Shown here: positions 1-9,573 of the stretch, piece by piece
Layout of the letters: each line of letters opens with the position of its first letter
Position numbering within the stretch: position 1 is the first letter of the stretch
NCBI GenBank assembly: GCA_964484935.1
Contig: CAZAFW010000001.1
Span: forward strand, 135,654 to 199,653
Reading direction: 5' to 3'
DNA length: 64,000 nt
DNA from: an uncultured Peptostreptococcaceae bacterium
Lineage (GTDB): Bacteria; Bacillota; Clostridia; Peptostreptococcales; BM714
Made by a program: the position numbers and the translations under genes
Notes under the pieces: model-generated
Seen by the model: only the letters and a program-made list of their open reading frames with translations
Databases searched by the model: none
What the model was told of the DNA's origin: nothing

Positions 1-1290
1 GTTCTCACAGTTGGAACAAGAGTTGTACAATTCAGAAGAATTGGATTCGCATTCAAACTATTATTTTCAAAAGAATCGATGGGTGAAGGAGACATAACTC
101 CTTTCCAGGCGCTTATGACTTCTCTTGCCGCCACGATCGGCACAGGTAACATCGCCGGTGTTGCAACTGCATTGGCAATCGGTGGTCCTGGAGCCATCTT
201 CTGGATGTGGATAACTGCAGCAGTCGGCGGAGCAACAAAATACGGCGAAGCGGTTCTTGCTATAAAATACAGACAAACGAACGACAAAGGCGAAAAATCC
301 GGTGGACCCATGTACTATGCGTGGAAAGGCATGGAAGACAAATTCGGCGGAAACTGGAAATGGCTCGGTGGAGCTTTCGCAGTATTCGGATTCATTGCAT
401 CATTCGGAATAGGCAACATGGTCCAATCAAACTCAGTTGCAGCCGCAATGGAAGAGACCATAGGACTCAACCCTGTTATTTCAGGCGCAGTCGTTGCTGT
501 TCTTACAGCACTCGTTATACTGGGCGGAATCAAAAGCATCGGTAGAGTTACTGAAAAAATCGTTCCTATAATGGCTATAATATATGTACTCGGATCGCTT
601 TTCATTCTTTTCACAAATGCTGGAAAAGTCGGAATGGCATTCAGTCTTATTTTCTCTAACGCTTTCAACGCTAACGCAGTAAGCGGCGGACTCGTTGGAA
701 CTGTAATACGTATGGGTGTTGCACGTGGTGTATTCTCAAATGAAGCAGGACTCGGTTCAGCTCCTATAGCCCATGCAGCCTCAAAGAACGACAATCCTAT
801 CACTCAAGGGATCATAGCTTCTCTAGGCGCTTTCCTTGACACTATCGTAGTATGCTCGATGACCGCTCTCGTAATATTGGTTTCAGGGCTCCTTTCTTTC
901 GATGCAAACGGATTGATGTCAATAACTGACGAACTCACAGGCGCAGCGCTTACTTCAAGGGCTTTCGGGGTCGCAATGCCCGGATTCGGATCCTTCATAG
1001 TATCCTTCGGCCTCATGTTCTTCGCTTTCTCTACAATCATCAGTTGGTACTACTATGGATCGAAATGTGCTGAATTCCTCTTCGGCCTCAAAGCTGAAAT
1101 GCCTTACAAATGGGCTTGGGTTATTCTCACATACGTTGGCGCAACTATTCCTCTTGGATTTGTTTGGAACATTTCAGACGCATTCAACGGACTAATGGCA
1201 ATACCGAACTTGGTAGCGCTTCTCGCTCTCAGCGGATCGATCTTCAAATGGACCAAAGAGTTTGAAGCAAAGGAAAAGCTTAGCGCATAA
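1..1290 (+). CDS. sodium:alanine (amino acid:cation) symporter, AGCS family; 5' end outside window
   Basis: Frame 1 is open from base 1 (VLTVGTRVVQFRRIGFAFKLLFSKES then MGEGDITPFQALMTSLAATIGTGNIAGVATA...), so tracked ORF 79..1290 is a clipped view. It has the GTGNIAGVA motif and many hydrophobic segments typical of AGCS carriers. A hairpin terminator follows. Confidence 0.85.
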   Translation, partial: VLTVGTRVVQFRRIGFAFKLLFSKESMGEGDITPFQALMTSLAATIGTGNIAGVATALAIGGPGAIFWMWITAAVGGATKYGEAVLAIKYRQTNDKGEKSGGPMYYAWKGMEDKFGGNWKWLGGAFAVFGFIASFGIGNMVQSNSVAAAMEETIGLNPVISGAVVAVLTALVILGGIKSIGRVTEKIVPIMAIIYVLGSLFILFTNAGKVGMAFSLIFSNAFNANAVSGGLVGTVIRMGVARGVFSNEAGLGSAPIAHAASKNDNPITQGIIASLGAFLDTIVVCSMTALVILVSGLLSFDANGLMSITDELTGAALTSRAFGVAMPGFGSFIVSFGLMFFAFSTIISWYYYGSKCAEFLFGLKAEMPYKWAWVILTYVGATIPLGFVWNISDAFNGLMAIPNLVALLALSGSIFKWTKEFEAKEKLSA

Positions 1291-1302
1291 TTCACAATCA
1301 AA

Positions 1303-1335
1303 AGCCTGCCGGAATAATCCGGCAGGCTTTTTTTG
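1303..1335. terminator. rho-independent terminator between convergent AGCS symporter and selD
   Basis: AGCCTGCCGG-AATAAT-CCGGCAGGCT, a perfect 10-bp stem followed by TTTTTTT. It lies between two convergent stop codons. Confidence 0.85.
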
Positions 1336-1364
1336 TTCTTTGTTTTCGATCTGTAATACTTTTC

Positions 1365-2411
1365 CTACACAACCTCAATAAAAGTTGCTCCCTTTTCCTT
1401 AACCCTGCCAACTACCGCAAAATCAAGATCGAGAGTATTATTGAATATTTTCAAAAGTTTCTCGGCTTCAGCCTCAGAAAGGCTTATAAGAAGCCCCCCA
1501 GATGTTTGGGGATCATATAGTACATTCTGCCTGTCTATCGAAACCGATTCGGCAAATGAAGCTTCATTGCCTACAAAACCCATGTTCTTGTAAGCTCCTC
1601 CCGGTATTATTCCCATGCCCGCCATGTCGAATGTCCCTTCAATCACCGGAACCTTTTCCGATTCAATGACAAAAGTCATTCCGCTTCCCTTGGCCATTTC
1701 AAACACATGCCCAATCAGACCGAAACCTGTTACATCGGTGCATGCATTCACCTTCACCTGCAACATTCCTTCCGCGGCTTCGCGATTAAGCGTATTCATT
1801 ACCTTTACCGCCCTGTCCACAACTTCCTTTTCGAGCAAATCGGCCTTTATGGCTGTAGAAAGTATTCCGCTTCCGAGGGGCTTTGTCAAAATCAAAACAT
1901 CCCCCGGCTTTGCGCCTGAATTGGTTATGACTTTTTCGGGATGTACAAATCCGGTAACTGAAAGGCCGTACTTTGGTTCGTCGTCTTCCACGGAATGGCC
2001 GCCTATCAAAAGCGCACCCGCTTCTTTTACCTTGTCCGCTCCCCCTTTCAATATTTCTCCTAGTATTTTGATGTCAAGATACTTGGGAAATCCCACTATG
2101 TTCATTGCTATTACCGGTTTCCCTCCCATCGCGTAAACGTCGCTTAGGGAGTTTGTGGCCGCTATCTGTCCAAAAAGATAGGGGTCGTCGACAATCGGTG
2201 TAAAAAAATCGAGAGTCTGTATTATTGCAGTGTCGCCGTTTATCCTATATACTGCGGCATCGTCGGATTTATCGAATCCGACCAATAGATTTTCATCATC
2301 AAACTTAGGCAAATCTCGCAGAACCTGCGATAAGGTTTCAGGACCTATTTTAGCCGCTCAGCCGGAGCTTTTTGAAAGTTCCGTCAGACGCTTTATGCTT
2401 CTTTCATCCAT
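1365..2411 (-). CDS. selD: selenide, water dikinase (selenophosphate synthetase) SelD, selenocysteine-containing (in-frame UGA at 2358..2360)
   Basis: Tracked ORF 1365..2312 (…[14 protein letters not shown]…, AIR-synthase-like fold motifs) lacks the catalytic N-terminus. The same frame continues upstream through one TGA to an ATG at 2411 preceded by AAGGGGGA: [40 protein letters not shown]-x-x-K aligns with the Cys17/Lys20 motif of E. coli SelD. Confidence 0.85.
2316..2360 (-). other. UGA(Sec) recoding site plus candidate SECIS hairpin in selD mRNA
   Basis: TGA at 2358..2360 (minus strand). Hairpin UCGCAG-GUU-CUGCGA at 2316..2330 starts 28 nt 3' of the UGA. A weaker hairpin UAGGU-CCUGAA-ACCUUA lies closer. 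Which one, if either, is the SECIS cannot be decided by eye. Confidence 0.45.
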
Positions 2412-2423
2412 TTTTAATCCCCC

Positions 2424-3020
2424 TTAGTAAATGCGGATGCATTCTTCCATTTCCGCATAGGTTTTTTCACCTATACCCTTTATCTCCATCAGTTCTTCCT
2501 TGCTTTTAAACCCTCCGTTTTCCTGCCTGTATGCAACTATTCTTTCAGCATAAACAGGCCCTATTCCAGGCAGGTCTTCAAGAAGAGACTTGCTTGCCGT
2601 ATTTATGTTTACAAGACCTCCTCCAGTTTCCTCTTCCGTAAGTTCGTCACCCAACGCAGGAATGATTATCTTCTGCTGGTCATATGCCTTTTGCGCCAGG
2701 TTTATTCGCTTTGTGTCCGCAGTTTCCAAAAGTCCTCCGGCCATTTCCACGGCATCGAACACACGGCTGTCCAAAGGCAATTCATAAAAGCCCTCTTCCT
2801 CTACAGCTCCGCATATGTCGACATATATGAACTCCGAGTTTTCCTCCCCGGCATCCTGCAAAGTCGGTTCACTTTCGGTTTCAGATGCTTCCAAAAGCTG
2901 TTTTCTGACCATTGATTCGCGATCCTTTTTCAGTTTAAAACCCCATACGCCAACAAAAACTATGGCCGCGGCCAACAATATGATTGTTATCTTGAATCGG
3001 CTGTCTCTTCCCTCAATCAT
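2424..3020 (-). CDS. comEA: ComEA family DNA-binding protein (helix-hairpin-helix repeats)
   Basis: C-terminus LVNINTASKSLLEDLPGIGPVYAERIVAYRQENGGFKSKEELMEIKGIGEKTYAEM is the classic ComEA HhH pair, with an N-terminal TM segment. Start set at ATG 3020 (MIEGRD…) behind GGAGGGA. The tracked start at 3071 has no SD. Confidence 0.8.
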   Translation of the reverse strand: MIEGRDSRFKITIILLAAAIVFVGVWGFKLKKDRESMVRKQLLEASETESEPTLQDAGEENSEFIYVDICGAVEEEGFYELPLDSRVFDAVEMAGGLLETADTKRINLAQKAYDQQKIIIPALGDELTEEETGGGLVNINTASKSLLEDLPGIGPVYAERIVAYRQENGGFKSKEELMEIKGIGEKTYAEMEECIRIY

Positions 3021-3150
3021 GAGAAATCCCTCCGCAATTCGTGACACAATAATAATACCACATATATCCAAACCTGTGTATAAGCTCTTTCATGGAACAA
3101 GCGGAAGTTTTCTGCTATAATAATTAGTTGTAAAAGAAAGAGGTGATCAG

Positions 3151-4470
3151 TTGGCAAATATAAAAACTCCATTCATTAAACTGCTTTTGATCTTTCCCAT
3201 GATATTATCGATACTGATTGCATTCGCGGTCCCGTCGCACGCGCTCTCGTCATCCGAAATAGTCGGGAAATCCGCAATAGTCATGGATTACGATTCGGGA
3301 AAGATACTTTTTTACAAAAATCCAGACAAGAAAATGTACCCTGCCAGCACAACAAAAATAATGACCGCTCTGCTTTCAATTGAAGCACTTGATCTTGACA
3401 AGAATATCGAAATAGACGGTCAAACACCCTTCACGGAGGGCAGCCGCATATATCTGTTTGAAGATGAAATAATCTCGGTTAAGGATCTTCTTCATGCACT
3501 GCTGCTTGAGTCTGCAAACGATGCGGCCGTAGCTTTGGCAAAAGCCGTTTCCGGCGATGTCGAAAGCTTTGTGGATCTAATGAATAAGCGGGCAAAGGAG
3601 CTTGGCGCAAACAATACCCATTTTGCAAACCCGAACGGCCTTCCGGACGAAACCCATGTTACGACCGTCCGCGACATGGCTCTGATTGCCCGCGAAGCTT
3701 ACGAGAATGAATTATTCAGAGATATTGTACATACTGTCAGCTATGCTATAGCCCCGACCGAAAAACAGCCCGAATCCCGCTATTTAAAAAACGGAAACCG
3801 TTTCCTTTGGGGAACGGGAAGCGGCAACCAGATTTATTATGACGGAAATTGGATAGACATAAAGTATCCAATAGTAGACGGAATAAAAACCGGATACACA
3901 ATCGCGGCGCAGCAATGCCTTGTTGCGACCGCCTCCAAAGGCGGCCGCAGGGTAATAACTGCAGTTTTCAAATCCCAACAAAAGAATATTTACACCGATA
4001 CCCGCAGGCTTATTGACTTCGGGCTCGACTCTTTCGAAAACATGACGCTTTCAAACAAGGGCGAAAGAATAATGACAGCGGACATATCCGGAGGAAAAGA
4101 AGCGTTTCTTGAAGTCATAAGTGGTGAAAACCTGATTCAAACCGTCCCGGCAGGAACACCCAAAGATGCCGTGAAAAGTGAAATTCATCTTCACGAAAAC
4201 CTTAATGCCCCTGTTGCCCAAGGCGAATTGGTCGGTGAAATGACCTTTTCAATGAACGAAAAACTGATAGGAACAGTTCCTCTGACGGCTGAAAAAACAA
4301 TACTCAAAAAAACATGGAAAGACAATCTGTCCGAATTCGCAAAAAAAACTTTCTGGCCCATTGCCTTTTTTATCCTTTTTCTGTTCTATATCGCATGGAG
4401 AACCCGCGTAACAATAAAAAGGCTCAAACAGATTAAAAAAGCAAAGCAAAAAAAGAAAAACTCCCGGTGA
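3151..4470 (+). CDS. D-alanyl-D-alanine carboxypeptidase (serine-type, PBP5/DacB-like) with C-terminal membrane anchor
   Basis: Signal peptide, then PASTTKIMTAL (SxxK), LLESANDAA (SxN) and a KTGYT (KTG) motif. TTG start behind AGAGGTGA. C-terminal hydrophobic segment plus a K-rich tail. Confidence 0.85.
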   Translation: MANIKTPFIKLLLIFPMILSILIAFAVPSHALSSSEIVGKSAIVMDYDSGKILFYKNPDKKMYPASTTKIMTALLSIEALDLDKNIEIDGQTPFTEGSRIYLFEDEIISVKDLLHALLLESANDAAVALAKAVSGDVESFVDLMNKRAKELGANNTHFANPNGLPDETHVTTVRDMALIAREAYENELFRDIVHTVSYAIAPTEKQPESRYLKNGNRFLWGTGSGNQIYYDGNWIDIKYPIVDGIKTGYTIAAQQCLVATASKGGRRVITAVFKSQQKNIYTDTRRLIDFGLDSFENMTLSNKGERIMTADISGGKEAFLEVISGENLIQTVPAGTPKDAVKSEIHLHENLNAPVAQGELVGEMTFSMNEKLIGTVPLTAEKTILKKTWKDNLSEFAKKTFWPIAFFILFLFYIAWRTRVTIKRLKQIKKAKQKKKNSR

Positions 4471-4495
4471 TGTGAATTGCCGGGAGTTTCTCCAG
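4458..4495. terminator. hairpin between convergent carboxypeptidase and ridA genes
   Basis: AAACTCCCGG-N12-CCGGGAGTTT, then CTCCAGTTTTC. It overlaps the carboxypeptidase stop codon. Confidence 0.5.
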
Positions 4496-4501
4496 TTTTC
4501 T

Positions 4502-4882
4502 CTACATGGCTGCAATGACTTCAATCTCAACATTCACGCCCAATGGAAGCCTTGCAACTTCAACACAAGCCCTTGCAGGTTTGTGTTCGCTGAAGTATGT
4601 TCCGTAGACAGCATTTATCATTCCGAAATCATCCATGTTCTTGATGAAAATTGTAGCCTTTACGACATTTTCAAGACAAGTTCCCGCATCAAGTAGTATG
4701 GATTTCAAATTCTCAAGGCATTGCTTGGTCTCGTCCTCGATTCCCGACTTCACTAATTCACCCTTTGAAGGGTCGATAGGCACTTGTCCGGACACGTAGA
4801 TCATTTCGCCCGCTATCACGGCATGTGAATAAGGTCCTACAGCCGCAGGCGCATTATCAGTATTGAACATTTTGATTTTCAT
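4502..4882 (-). CDS. ridA: RidA family reactive-intermediate deaminase (YjgF/L-PSP)
   Basis: NAPAAVGPYSHAV…YVSGQVPIDP…ARACVEVARLPLGVNVEIEVIA is typical RidA. GGAGGT abuts the first ATG (4888), so the ATG at 4882 (6-nt spacing) is the preferred start. Confidence 0.85.
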   Translation of the reverse strand: MKIKMFNTDNAPAAVGPYSHAVIAGEMIYVSGQVPIDPSKGELVKSGIEDETKQCLENLKSILLDAGTCLENVVKATIFIKNMDDFGMINAVYGTYFSEHKPARACVEVARLPLGVNVEIEVIAAM

Positions 4883-4911
4883 TTCCATACCTCCATATAT
4901 TATTTACAGTA

Positions 4912-7368
4912 TTATTTTACTACAATATTGACCAGTTTCCCAGGCACATAAATAAACTTCTTTATTTCCTTTCCTTCTGTCGCAGACTTTATCTTTTCAA
5001 TTCCCATGACAAGTTTTTCAACCGCTTCTTTTCCCGCTTCTCTCTCGATTGTAAGTCTTTCTTTGACTTTTCCATTTATCTGCACGACTATCTCTACAAC
5101 GTCTCGAACTGTCTTAGCCAAGTCGTATGTCGGCCATGACAAGTCGTGCACGCTTCCTTCATGCCCAAGTATCTCCCAAAGCTCCTCCATCATATGCGGA
5201 GCAAAAGGTGCCAGGAGTGTCAGTATTGTCTCAACGGCTTCTTTCATCGTTGCATGGTCGTATTCCATGTCCATATATTTGTAGGTTTCGTTTACAAGCT
5301 CCATAGTTGCGCTTATTGCTGTATTGAAGTTGAAGCGTCCCTCAATATCGTCAGAAACCTTCTTTATTGTAGAGTTTATGTGGTATCGCATTTCTTTTTC
5401 CATCGGACCGTCAACCGACCGTCCCTTCGCCTTGACGTCTTCGAGCAAATAATGAGCAAGCCTCCATACTCTGTTGAGGAATCTGAAAGAGCCTTCCACT
5501 CCGGCATCGCTCCACTCGAGGTCTTTCTCAGGCGGGGATGCAAAAAGTATGAAAAGCCTTGCGGTGTCCGCCCCGTATTTGGCTATTATCTCCTCGGGGC
5601 TTACTACATTACCTTTGGACTTGGACATTTTTGACCCGTCTTTCAACACCATCCCTTGAGTCAGGAGGTTTTTGAAAGGCTCTGTCTCAGGGGACAATCC
5701 CTGGTCATAAAGGAATTTATTGAAAAAACGCGCATACAGCAAATGCAGTATGGCATGCTCCACTCCTCCGATATATTGGTCAACATTCATCCAGTATTTC
5801 GCGTTTTCCCTGCTGAATATCTCCTTGTCGTTTCGCGCGTCTGTATATCTGAGAAAATACCAGGAAGAGCATACGAATGTGTCCATTGTATCCACTTCTC
5901 TTCGCGCCATCCCACCGCAAATCGGACATATTGTGTTTACAAAGGTTTCACTTGTTCCCAGAGGAGAATCTCCCTTTCCGCTGAATTCTACATCGGTCGG
6001 CAGCTTAACTGGGAGATCTTCTTCCGGTACTGGAACCTCTCCGCATTTTTCACAGAACATGATTGGTATCGGAGCTCCCCAGTATCGCTGCCTTGAAATA
6101 AGCCAGTCTCTGAGCCTGAAGTTGACTGTCCTTTTTCCTATTCCGGCCTCTTCCATATATTCGCTGACTTTTTCAATTGCATCTTTGCTGTCAATCCCGT
6201 TGAACTTTCCGGAATTTATCATCTTGCCGCTGCCGATGTAGGCTTCTTTCATTTCTTCGGTCAACATTTTATCTTCCGGCGTTATTACCGGAATTATTTT
6301 TAGGCCGTATTTCTTGGCAAATTCAAAGTCCCTTTCATCATGGGCTGGCACAGCCATTATTGCTCCGGTTCCGTAACCCATAAGAACATAGTTCGCCGCA
6401 TAAATGGGTATTCTCTCTTCATTCAACGGATTTATGCAATATTTCCCTGTGAAAAAGCCTTCCTTCTCTATGTTTGCAGATGTCCTCTCGATGTCGCTCG
6501 AGGATCTTATTTTGTCCATGAAAGCATTGTATCCTGATTCGTACTCTGTTCCTCTGACCATTTCATAAACCAGCGGATGTTCGGGAGCAAAAACCATGAA
6601 AGTGGCACCGTAAGTAGTATCCGGCCTTGTTGTAAAGACTTCCATGCTCTCTTCCATTCCCTCAATTTCAAAAGTCATTTCGGAGCCGAAGCTTTTACCA
6701 ATCCAGTTTTTCTGCATTGTCTTGACTTTTTCAGGCCAGCCCTCAAGCAAATCCAAATCATCAAGAAGCCTTTGGGCATACTCAGTGATCTTGAAATACC
6801 ACTGCTCAAGATTTTTCTTTTCAACAGTTGTCTCACAACGTTCACATTTCCCGTTTACAACCTGTTCATTGGCCAAAACCGTTTCACAGGAAGGACACCA
6901 GTTGACTGCAGATTTTTTTTTGTAAGCCAAACCATTCTTGTATAGCTGAACAAAAATCCACTGAGTCCATTTATAATATTCCTCGTTGCATGTGGTGACT
7001 TCCCTGTCCCAGTCGTAGCTTAGGCCCAATTGTTTAAGCTGGCGCTTCATTTCAGAAATATTCTGCTTGGTCCAGATATCGGGATGGATGTTGTTTTTTA
7101 TTGCCGCGTTTTCCGCCGGCAAACCGAAAGCGTCCCATCCAATCGGATGCAGTATGTTGAATCCGTTCATCTTCTTGTACCGGGCAACTACATCACCTAT
7201 CGAATAGTTTCTCACGTGTCCCATGTGCAATTTCCCTGAAGGATACGGGAACATCTCAAGCACATAGTATTTTTCTTTTTCGAGGTCCTCGTTCACTTTG
7301 AAGATATTCTTGTCTTCCCATTCCTTCTGCCATTTATTCTCGATTTTATTGAAATTGTATCTTTCCAT
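4912..7368 (-). CDS. leuS: leucine--tRNA ligase
   Basis: 818 aa with HMGH ([13 protein letters not shown]) and KMSKS motifs, the CP1 editing domain and zinc-type CxxC pairs. A T-box leader lies upstream. Confidence 0.97.
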   Translation of the reverse strand: MERYNFNKIENKWQKEWEDKNIFKVNEDLEKEKYYVLEMFPYPSGKLHMGHVRNYSIGDVVARYKKMNGFNILHPIGWDAFGLPAENAAIKNNIHPDIWTKQNISEMKRQLKQLGLSYDWDREVTTCNEEYYKWTQWIFVQLYKNGLAYKKKSAVNWCPSCETVLANEQVVNGKCERCETTVEKKNLEQWYFKITEYAQRLLDDLDLLEGWPEKVKTMQKNWIGKSFGSEMTFEIEGMEESMEVFTTRPDTTYGATFMVFAPEHPLVYEMVRGTEYESGYNAFMDKIRSSSDIERTSANIEKEGFFTGKYCINPLNEERIPIYAANYVLMGYGTGAIMAVPAHDERDFEFAKKYGLKIIPVITPEDKMLTEEMKEAYIGSGKMINSGKFNGIDSKDAIEKVSEYMEEAGIGKRTVNFRLRDWLISRQRYWGAPIPIMFCEKCGEVPVPEEDLPVKLPTDVEFSGKGDSPLGTSETFVNTICPICGGMARREVDTMDTFVCSSWYFLRYTDARNDKEIFSRENAKYWMNVDQYIGGVEHAILHLLYARFFNKFLYDQGLSPETEPFKNLLTQGMVLKDGSKMSKSKGNVVSPEEIIAKYGADTARLFILFASPPEKDLEWSDAGVEGSFRFLNRVWRLAHYLLEDVKAKGRSVDGPMEKEMRYHINSTIKKVSDDIEGRFNFNTAISATMELVNETYKYMDMEYDHATMKEAVETILTLLAPFAPHMMEELWEILGHEGSVHDLSWPTYDLAKTVRDVVEIVVQINGKVKERLTIEREAGKEAVEKLVMGIEKIKSATEGKEIKKFIYVPGKLVNIVVK

Positions 7369-7384
7369 AAAGGTACTCCTCCCT

Positions 7385-7600
7385 AATTAAAATATGCAAT
7401 AAAAAAAGCACCACTAGAAACATCCGTTCCCCATAGGGACGAGATTTTCTCGCGGTACCACCCTACTTGGCCGTTAAGCCCTCTTAAAGCCTGATAAAGG
7501 AAGCCACTCCTGTTTCGATGGGGCGAGTTCAGATTGTTCCTGTGCCGGCTTCCAGCAATCGTCGGCTCTCTCTGACAGAAGTTTTTTCCTACTGCTCCCC
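7385..7600 (-). promoter_or_regulatory. T-box riboswitch leader of leuS (candidate specifier CUC = Leu)
   Basis: The minus strand carries the conserved T-box sequence AGGGTGGTACCGCG (7451..7464) followed by a hairpin and TTTTTTT (about 7398..7445). Upstream are an AGAGAG box and a GAA-CUC-G specifier-loop-like element (CUC at 7525..7527). This matches the leuS gene downstream. Confidence 0.8.
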
Positions 7601-7627
7601 TTGTTCCATATTCAATTACTATCTATT

Positions 7628-8038
7628 CTAATTATTTTCCAGCAAACTGTCAACATCCAATCGTTCAGAACCGCTCCAAAGCTTTTCCAAGTTGTAAAAC
7701 ATCCGTTCCTCCGGCTTGAATATGTGTACAACAACATCACCATAGTCGAGAAGTATCCAGCTTCCATTCCTATATCCCTCTTTGTGGAAAAGAAACATGC
7801 CTCTCTTTTTAAGACTGTATTCTACTTCATCGGCTATCGCTTTTGTGTTTCTGTCAGATTTTCCCGTAGCGATGATGAAAACTTCCATTTCGCTTGTGAG
7901 TTTTGAAATATTGAGAACTTCAATGTCCATGCCATTTTTGGAATCTACCGCTTTCACTATTTCTTCAATTTTAATTTTGTCTATCTTAAACGCCTCCTTT
8001 AACAATTGTCCTTTTTTACCTTCCTGCCAGCAAATCAT
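7628..8038 (-). CDS. rsfS: ribosome silencing factor RsfS (iojap-like)
   Basis: …IIATGKSDRNTKAIADEVEYSLKK…GSWILLDYGDVVVHIFKPEERMFYNLEKLW is typical RsfS. The start is uncertain. ATG 8038 overlaps yqeK and has no SD. A strong AAGGAGG at about 7993..7999 is followed only by non-canonical codons. TTG at about 8005 is possible. Confidence 0.8.
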   Translation of the reverse strand: MICWQEGKKGQLLKEAFKIDKIKIEEIVKAVDSKNGMDIEVLNISKLTSEMEVFIIATGKSDRNTKAIADEVEYSLKKRGMFLFHKEGYRNGSWILLDYGDVVVHIFKPEERMFYNLEKLWSGSERLDVDSLLENN

Positions 8039-8585
8039 TTCTTGCCATTATTGTATTGATGTTTATCGCCTCGCCTATGCCTATGAGATAGAGAAGCGTT
8101 TTATCTATTGCCGCTATAGTCGCCTTGTCCAAATCCAAAAAAGCTTTTCCCCTGATTTCTTCCACTTCTTCGAAATTCCTGGAAGGTTCAATCATGTCTG
8201 CCAGATATATTATCTTCTCAAGCTTCGACATTCCGGCTCTACCGAATGTATGGTTTCTTACGGCATTCAAAATGTCCAGGTCGTCTATTCCGTATTCCTT
8301 CTTTGCTATGCTTGCCCCAACTATTCCGTGGTAAAGATTTATAGAATCGCAAACAGAAAGATTTTCATCATGCAAATTTTCAGCCTCTATGCGCTTTAGC
8401 ATTTCCTCGTCAGAAAAGTTTTTGGCATAATCATGAAAGAGAGCAGCTGTTTCAGCTTTTTCCTTTGCTACTCCGTATACTTCAGACAGCTGAACAGCCA
8501 CCTTCAAAACGCCCATGACATGGTCAAACCTCTTTTTTTTCAAGTTCGCGAAAAGCCATGCAACTACATCTTCCCGATTAAACAT
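8016..8585 (-). CDS. yqeK: HD-domain bis(5'-nucleosyl)-tetraphosphatase YqeK
   Basis: RFDHVMGV…LFHDYAK… is an HD motif. The conserved position between nadD and rsfS supports the call. Confidence 0.85.
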   Translation of the reverse strand: MFNREDVVAWLFANLKKKRFDHVMGVLKVAVQLSEVYGVAKEKAETAALFHDYAKNFSDEEMLKRIEAENLHDENLSVCDSINLYHGIVGASIAKKEYGIDDLDILNAVRNHTFGRAGMSKLEKIIYLADMIEPSRNFEEVEEIRGKAFLDLDKATIAAIDKTLLYLIGIGEAININTIMARNDLLAGR

Positions 8586-9237
8586 TTATCTCCTCCGAAT
8601 ACAATCCGTTCTTGATTATATAATGCTCCACCGCTTCAGGAAGGAGATACTTTATCGGCCTGTTGCCCGAAATTCTATTCCTTATGTCAGTGGAGGAAAT
8701 GTCCACGGCCGATACGGCCATCGTCTGTATATCTGCAGAATAGTTCTCTTTGTAATACTCTATCATGGACGACATGTTGCTGTTTGTCACGCCGGGTCTT
8801 GTGGCGGCTATGAATTTGCACATCTTAAGCAATTCTGCCGGTTCCTTCCATGATTCGATTGTACTTATTGCATCCGCACCTATTATGAAATAAAATTCCA
8901 CATCTTTGTCCATGTATTTTTTCTTCAGTTCCCTCATGGTCTCTATAGTATATGAAATATCTTTCTTATCTATTTCGATGCGCGAAACATCCAAATATGG
9001 ATTGGTCATTGTGGCAAGCAAAATCATCAAATACCTGTGTTCGCCTTTTGTTATTCGAAGTTCCCTCTTGTGCGGCGGTATGCCAACTGGAATGAAAATG
9101 ACCTTGTCCAGGTTGTAATTTTGCCTTATCTGCTCGGCTATGACAAGATGTCCATAATGAATGGGGTCAAATGTTCCACCCATTATGCCTATCTTGTATT
9201 TTTTATCGTCCTCCAGCACCAATTGATTTTTAAACAT
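8578..9237 (-). CDS. nadD: nicotinate-nucleotide adenylyltransferase
   Basis: IGIMGGTFDPIHYGHL (the (T/H)xGH nucleotidyltransferase motif) and …ISSTDIRNRI… near the C-terminus. Confidence 0.92.
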   Translation of the reverse strand: MFKNQLVLEDDKKYKIGIMGGTFDPIHYGHLVIAEQIRQNYNLDKVIFIPVGIPPHKRELRITKGEHRYLMILLATMTNPYLDVSRIEIDKKDISYTIETMRELKKKYMDKDVEFYFIIGADAISTIESWKEPAELLKMCKFIAATRPGVTNSNMSSMIEYYKENYSADIQTMAVSAVDISSTDIRNRISGNRPIKYLLPEAVEHYIIKNGLYSEEINV

Positions 9238-9273
9238 TCCAACCTCCGCGAAAATTAAATTCCTTTAAAAAGC

Positions 9274-9561
9274 CTACGGCAATTCAATGTTCTTATTCTC
9301 TTTTGATTCTCTGTAAATGACGAATTTCCTTCCTATCGCCTGCACAAATTCGGCTTTCAACTCTTCTGCTACTTCATTTGCGGCTTCCTTTGCCGACAAT
9401 TGGCAATTTTCAAGCACATGAACTTTTAAAAGCTCTCTCGCTTCAAGAATCTGGTCCAATTGGGTCAAAACCGCATCGTTTATGCCTTCTTTTCCTATCT
9501 GCGCTTTTGCAGAAAGTCCATTGGCCAAGGCTTTAAGATAACTCCTTTGCTTCCCCGTCAT
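9274..9561 (-). CDS. yhbY: ribosome assembly RNA-binding protein YhbY (CRM domain)
   Basis: MTGKQRSYLKALANGL…IGKEGINDAVL…ELLKV…GRKFVIYR matches the YhbY/CRS1 domain pattern. Confidence 0.85.
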   Translation of the reverse strand: MTGKQRSYLKALANGLSAKAQIGKEGINDAVLTQLDQILEARELLKVHVLENCQLSAKEAANEVAEELKAEFVQAIGRKFVIYRESKENKNIELP

Positions 9562-9573
9562 TATAACACCCCC

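Noticed and set aside
1365-2312. selD as a 5'-truncated pseudogene or a TTG-initiated short form
   Set aside because: The upstream 33 codons are in frame, start at an SD-preceded ATG, and restore the conserved N-terminal motif. The single TGA sits exactly at the catalytic Cys/Sec column, so recoding is the better explanation.
7990-8038. Strong internal AAGGAGG in the rsfS 5' region followed by ATA, as a possible non-canonical start
   Set aside because: This cannot be supported without conservation or proteomic data. ATG 8038 or a TTG near 8005 remain simpler options. It is noted in the feature evidence only.
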